Of a stretch of DNA of 40,334 nucleotides, positions 35,662-40,334 are shown one piece after another (the stretch's first letter is position 1; every line of letters begins with the position of its first letter). Where the stretch lies: assembly GCA_014729915.1 (NCBI GenBank), contig WJJD01000155.1:1-40334 (forward strand), in the 5' to 3' direction. The DNA comes from Candidatus Woesearchaeota archaeon (GTDB lineage Archaea; Nanobdellota; Nanobdellia; Woesearchaeales; GW2011-AR15). The position numbers and the translations under genes are program-made. A model generated the notes under the pieces. The model had not been told where the DNA came from, did no database searches, and saw only the letters and a list, made by a program, of their open reading frames with translations.

Positions 35662-38600
35662 TCATCCAAACGCAAATCCTTTCCCGTTTTCACAGCCATT
35701 TGTAGCATATAAATCATCATACGGTAAAGAAGAAATTGAATTTGGTTTATACGGGTTACAGTTATATTTTATTAGCCTGCAGGAGCATTCGTTTTCTTCA
35801 TAACCTTCTGCCTTATCTGGGTTGTTTATTCCTCCTAAAGGATAATCAATACAATACCTTTTTGTATCCTGGTTATATTTTTCACATTTATAAACTTTAA
35901 TTATATCCCATGCCCAATAATCAAAATTTGGTGGATTATTATCAGCATCAACATAATGATGATAAGTTGCTTTTGCGCATGTATCTGTAAGTTTTTTTAC
36001 TGCATATGTTAGATCTGCTACATCTTTAGACGCAATATATATGCTTCCTTTTTCTGATAAGCTTGGTGAAAGGCTAGTATCATAGCATCCTGTACTAGGA
36101 ATAATGTCTTCACGAATATTATTAATTGCATTATTAATTTCAGGAGTGTTTGCACAGCAAAGAGTATAATGCTTTTCAGTTTTTGAAACTTCTTTACACC
36201 TCTCTACATAATTGCCGTTTTGTGTATCAAAATTACATAAATTATTGTTGGGTGTAAAATCAGCATAATGGCATTTTTCATGGCCTGTACCAGAATTTCC
36301 CATCAAGGTAATTGGAGAGGTATCGCCATCAGTATAGCAATTTCTTTCAATTCCTGATAACTTACTCCAATCAGACCAGGCTATACTGCTCCAGTCAGAC
36401 ATCCATGCATGAATATCTGAAAAATCCCTGTTCTGCCTGTAAGTGTCATATTCCCAGATTTCACACACTCTCCATCCATCCTGGCAATTGCTTTCTGCAT
36501 TTGAATATGTAACTAAATTATTGCAGCTCACACATTTTCCATCTGATAATACTGTCCTAGGTATGCCATATTCACATCCATAATTGCATCTTAAGTGGCT
36601 CTTGCAATCAGGATCATCGCAATCAACTAAATTATCACAGTCATTATCTATTCCATCATAACAGAAATTATAAACATTCTCTATTTTAAATTGTGAACTG
36701 CACTGGTCTATGCATTTTTGCTCAGGATTAATTATTTGCGAGCAGGTATCACAGGCATTTCCATACTCATCTCCGTCACTGTTTTCCTGGTCAGGGTTAT
36801 AAATATAAGGGCAGTTATCATCAATGTTTAAAATATTGTCAGAATCTATATCCCCATCACAGGCATCTCCTTTCTGGTCATCGTCAATATCTGATTGATC
36901 ATAATTAAATATATCCTGGCAATTGTCACATGTGTCTCCAATTCCATCGTTATCTGAATCCTCCTGGTCAGGGTTAAAAACAAGCGGACAGTTATCTTCC
37001 TCATCAGGAATGCTGTCATTGTCTTTGTCAAAATCACATACATCTCCTATGCTGTCATTATCAGAATCTTGTTGATTTGGATTATAATCATATGGGCAGT
37101 TATCGCACATATCTCCTATGCCATCTCCTTCAAATACTTTGCATGCGCATAACCTTTTAACTGTTCCGGCATTATAATCACATTTTTGATATTTGGTTGA
37201 CTCAGTCCTGTAGTAGCAGGTTGACCCATCTTTTTCTGCTCCCGGAAGATGCCAGTGCCAGCTTGGATTTTCTATTATTTCAGTTGCTGATTTACAAGTG
37301 CAGTCAGGAACAAAGTGCTTTAATATTGAACATTGTTCATCATCATTCCAGAGGGCTTTTCCTTGTGCATCACCAAGACACTCTAACCCATTATTCTTTT
37401 TACAGACTTCTGTGCATGGGTCTCCCCCAAGATCACTATAAAACCAGCAATAATTATTTTTAAAATAACCTCCTTTTAAAAAACATTTTTCTTTCTGAAA
37501 CTCTAAACTAGGCAGATCAGAATCAAGTTGATAAGGGTTATATATTTCAGGGCAATTATCACAAACATCACCTATTTTATCCATGTCAAGATCTTCCTGC
37601 ATTTGCTGGCATTCATCTTGACATTTGTTAAATGCTATTACTTCAGAGACACATTGTTCATTGTTATAAGTTCCTCTAAAGCAAGTTCCAACTAAAGGCC
37701 CATTTGCCTTTTTTTGACAATTATCACATGCATCTCCAATACCATCATTATCATAATCATTAATGCCTGAAGCAAGACAAATAAAATTATTGTTTTGATA
37801 ATCTGTAAATTTACCAATTAAGCAATCAGAATCATCACAGTCTCTTTTTTCATAACAAAAATCCATGCAGCACCCAATACCTATATTATTTGACTTATTA
37901 TAACAATTTATTTCATCTTCACTGCAGGTTTTCGTGCAGGTTGGAAGTTTTTTTCCAACACCCCAGTTACAAAATTTATCATTATCCTTATCTTTGCATA
38001 ATATGTTATAAGAGCTAGATGACTCAAACGGAGTGATTATTTGGACGAGGTCTAGGTTTTCAACATTTGTCTTTAGGTTTAAATATCCATATTCCCCCCA
38101 GTATTTACCCCAACTCTTTTCTTCATCTACCATAGACATTGGACCCCAACTATTTTTAAAAATCCAGATTGTTTTTCCATCATTATTATCTATGTCATAG
38201 CCAATTAATGTCATTGAATGTAAAAATGGAATAACTGTTGCCTCTAAAGGGCCATATTTAATGATTTTTTCTTTAATAAATTCCTCTGTTAAACCACTGT
38301 ATGCAGTATGGTGTGCATAATCATCAAAAGAAATTGCGTTTATTCCATTATTAATTAACTCTGAACAAGGAACATCCTTAAAATTATTTGGACAGCCATA
38401 ATCTTTTGCAATATATGGCATAAAAGAGCCTTCAATTATGCATTTATCTGATACAAACTTTATCGAAAGCCATGTACCTCCTTCACAAGATCCAATGTCC
38501 ATTTTGTAATCATTATCATATCCGCAGGATAGTAAATATTGTTCAGAGAGATTAAGGTCAATATGCTGGTTATAAAATAGGTTAAATACAGTTTCAATAG

Positions 38601-40334
38601 AGCCAACACTCCCAAAAGCCCAGCAGCTTCCACACATACCTTGATCTTTAACATCAGTAATCCATCCATCTGATGGAATAATATAAGAACCAAAAGGATA
38701 AGTAATTACTCTTGGTGAATCATAATAATCTGAATATGACTTATTTGCGCCATGGACACTTCTCCAATCCCATTTTTCAGGAAGATTATTAACCTTGTTT
38801 GGATTTAATGGTTTGTTATATGGCCCGGACATATCAAATATTCCTCCCTGATAATATTCATAACCTTTAAGGTTTGGTAAAATCCTTACTGCTATAACCT
38901 TGTTTTTGATATCCCTAATATCCCCGTTTTGATCAAAGAATACATCTTTTCCGAGAATTATTTTGGTCTGATTTTCTACATTAATAAGATAAAAAATGTC
39001 ATCATTGTTTTTTTGAAGAAATGAGCCTCTAATACTATTATTCACTAAAAATAAATTAAAATATCTTTTTTTGTTTTCATACATTAAACTAGAAAACATA
39101 GTTTGTGCAGGGTTCCATCTTATTCCATTTTTTTGTTTATTTTTTAAGATATTGTTAAATTTTTCATTCTCATGTATTTTTTTTTTTCCCTGGATTAAAG
39201 ATGCTATTTTTTCATTTGACAATAAGTTTTTATTTGATTTATCTTCATAGGTGATTATTACTGAATCTAAAACGATTGTTGCATCTTCTATTTCAGCTCT
39301 TATTGAATCTAACACAATGGGCTTAAAAATACAGCTCTCATCACAGTATTTTTCAAATTTAATATTTACATGATTATTATTAATTAAAGGATTAGCTTCA
39401 AAAATAATATATTCTTTTACTAACCCGTCACCATTTTTTCCTCTTAATACAAGTCTAGCAAGACTTGTGTAATTATTATTTAGACTAAGGTATCCATTTA
39501 CTCTTAAAGATATAATCTTTTTATCTAAATTTCGTATAGTGTTTGTATCAATTAAATCTACAAATCTAACCTGTACGGTATTTGTGAATGTCTTTTTGTT
39601 ATTTGTAATATTCCATTTATTGTTTATTACAGAGTTATATTTTTCCTCATTTTGTTCTGATAATTGTGATGCTATACTTGCATTCAGATATTGTTTTAGT
39701 GTTTTTAGATCCTTAGAATCAAAGATACTATTATACATTTTTTCAAATTTTAAAGGAGGGTTATATTCTTTTGTTAACAATTGTTGACTACATTCACTTA
39801 ATCCACTTTTATCAATTATTATCCCATACTCATTATAATTATACAAAGTTGATCCGCACTTGTACTCATCAATTTCTATATCTTTATAGCAGTAATACTC
39901 TCTTACATATTCAGTTCCATCAATTGTTGTAATGCAGTCATTATATATCCTGCTGCTATCCACACATGTTCCATTTGTGAAGATTTCAGCATTTATTTCT
40001 TTAGAATAATCTGAATTATGGCAATTTCCAAAACTCTTTCCTTGTTCTTCTGTTATGCCTTTTGTTATTTCACAGATTGCGCAGTATCCTGTTTTTTTTT
40101 CTGCAGTGCACTCATATTCTGGGCTTATATAGCTTCCTAAGCCCTGGCCGCAGACTAAGTCTAGTTCTTTGTTAGGCTCATCTAATTCTATGTTGCACCA
40201 TGACCTCTGCTCTCCTGTCAAGTCATGGCAGCTGTCTTTTAGAACGCAGGATAAGGGAGCTTTTTCTTTATTATTGCTATTATTGTCACAAGTACAGGAA
40301 ACAGTTACTCCTTTTCTGGTTTTTACTGGAGTGC
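35662..40334 (-). CDS. Giant C1A (papain-like) cysteine peptidase with thrombospondin type-3 repeats and Cys-rich domains; 5' end outside the window
   Basis: LPEKWDWR, VKDQGMCGSCWAF, LSEQYLLSC, HSMTLIGY and WIFKNSWG give the Q/C/H/N catalytic set. Multiple DxDxDxIGDxCDNC repeats and CYDGIDNDCDNLVDCDDPDC. The frame stays open from 40221 to the window edge. Confidence 0.9.
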   Translation of the reverse strand, partial: TPVKTRKGVTVSCTCDNNSNNKEKAPLSCVLKDSCHDLTGEQRSWCNIELDEPNKELDLVCGQGLGSYISPEYECTAEKKTGYCAICEITKGITEEQGKSFGNCHNSDYSKEINAEIFTNGTCVDSSRIYNDCITTIDGTEYVREYYCYKDIEIDEYKCGSTLYNYNEYGIIIDKSGLSECSQQLLTKEYNPPLKFEKMYNSIFDSKDLKTLKQYLNASIASQLSEQNEEKYNSVINNKWNITNNKKTFTNTVQVRFVDLIDTNTIRNLDKKIISLRVNGYLSLNNNYTSLARLVLRGKNGDGLVKEYIIFEANPLINNNHVNIKFEKYCDESCIFKPIVLDSIRAEIEDATIVLDSVIITYEDKSNKNLLSNEKIASLIQGKKKIHENEKFNNILKNKQKNGIRWNPAQTMFSSLMYENKKRYFNLFLVNNSIRGSFLQKNNDDIFYLINVENQTKIILGKDVFFDQNGDIRDIKNKVIAVRILPNLKGYEYYQGGIFDMSGPYNKPLNPNKVNNLPEKWDWRSVHGANKSYSDYYDSPRVITYPFGSYIIPSDGWITDVKDQGMCGSCWAFGSVGSIETVFNLFYNQHIDLNLSEQYLLSCGYDNDYKMDIGSCEGGTWLSIKFVSDKCIIEGSFMPYIAKDYGCPNNFKDVPCSELINNGINAISFDDYAHHTAYSGLTEEFIKEKIIKYGPLEATVIPFLHSMTLIGYDIDNNDGKTIWIFKNSWGPMSMVDEEKSWGKYWGEYGYLNLKTNVENLDLVQIITPFESSSSYNILCKDKDNDKFCNWGVGKKLPTCTKTCSEDEINCYNKSNNIGIGCCMDFCYEKRDCDDSDCLIGKFTDYQNNNFICLASGINDYDNDGIGDACDNCQKKANGPLVGTCFRGTYNNEQCVSEVIAFNKCQDECQQMQEDLDMDKIGDVCDNCPEIYNPYQLDSDLPSLEFQKEKCFLKGGYFKNNYCWFYSDLGGDPCTEVCKKNNGLECLGDAQGKALWNDDEQCSILKHFVPDCTCKSATEIIENPSWHWHLPGAEKDGSTCYYRTESTKYQKCDYNAGTVKRLCACKVFEGDGIGDMCDNCPYDYNPNQQDSDNDSIGDVCDFDKDNDSIPDEEDNCPLVFNPDQEDSDNDGIGDTCDNCQDIFNYDQSDIDDDQKGDACDGDIDSDNILNIDDNCPYIYNPDQENSDGDEYGNACDTCSQIINPEQKCIDQCSSQFKIENVYNFCYDGIDNDCDNLVDCDDPDCKSHLRCNYGCEYGIPRTVLSDGKCVSCNNLVTYSNAESNCQDGWRVCEIWEYDTYRQNRDFSDIHAWMSDWSSIAWSDWSKLSGIERNCYTDGDTSPITLMGNSGTGHEKCHYADFTPNNNLCNFDTQNGNYVERCKEVSKTEKHYTLCCANTPEINNAINNIREDIIPSTGCYDTSLSPSLSEKGSIYIASKDVADLTYAVKKLTDTCAKATYHHYVDADNNPPNFDYWAWDIIKVYKCEKYNQDTKRYCIDYPLGGINNPDKAEGYEENECSCRLIKYNCNPYKPNSISSLPYDDLYATNGCENGKGFAFG

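Noticed and set aside
947-39787. Numerous short ORF-track entries antisense or out of frame within long genes (e.g. 947-1231, 3295-3633, 12962-15031 set, 17101-17616, 22035-22847, 24150-25185, 33885-34937, 36312-39787)
   Set aside because: Shadow ORFs overlapping well-supported genes, with no motifs; their composition mirrors the opposite strand.
1-40334. CRISPR array, rRNA genes, integrase or prophage
   Set aside because: No regularly spaced direct repeats, rRNA-like stretch, or recombinase/virion motifs were seen.

Overview
AT-rich archaeal chromosome segment. Archaeal assignment rests on topoisomerase VI A/B, uL1-P0-P1, uS15, class I LysRS, Pth2, GAGGTGA/GGAGG Shine-Dalgarno sites and TATA boxes. 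A DPANN lineage such as Woesearchaeota is inferred from the multi-intron tRNA and the many KKG/KKS pilin-like genes, but not proven. Core genes (top6AB, uppP, rpl1-rplP0-rpl12, lysS, RecJ-like DHH, rps15, pth2, pyk, a DASS transporter, two tRNA-Arg) are interleaved with three accessory parts: (i) a region at about 2.3-12.3 kb with VapBC, an RRE-radical SAM-SPASM enzyme, a decayed ISH3-like element, RHH + 678-aa orphan, a double Lrp regulator and pseudogenes; (ii) a five-gene operon of class III signal-peptide (pilin-like) proteins carrying VWA and Cys-rich modules, plus a detached pilin-like gene that shares a 7-Cys linker with one operon member and ends in a Zn-hydrolase domain; (iii) a giant, 5'-truncated papain-like protease with thrombospondin type-3 repeats. 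Features missed by the ORF track: a tRNA-Arg(UCU) with D-loop and T-loop introns, three small ORFs (RHH, HTH, Zn finger), a REPIN-like repeat, an msrB 3' remnant and structured ribosomal-protein leaders. The best candidate for an undescribed system is a modular pilin-like surface display with swappable C-terminal cargo. All family calls come from motif recognition by eye; no searches were run.
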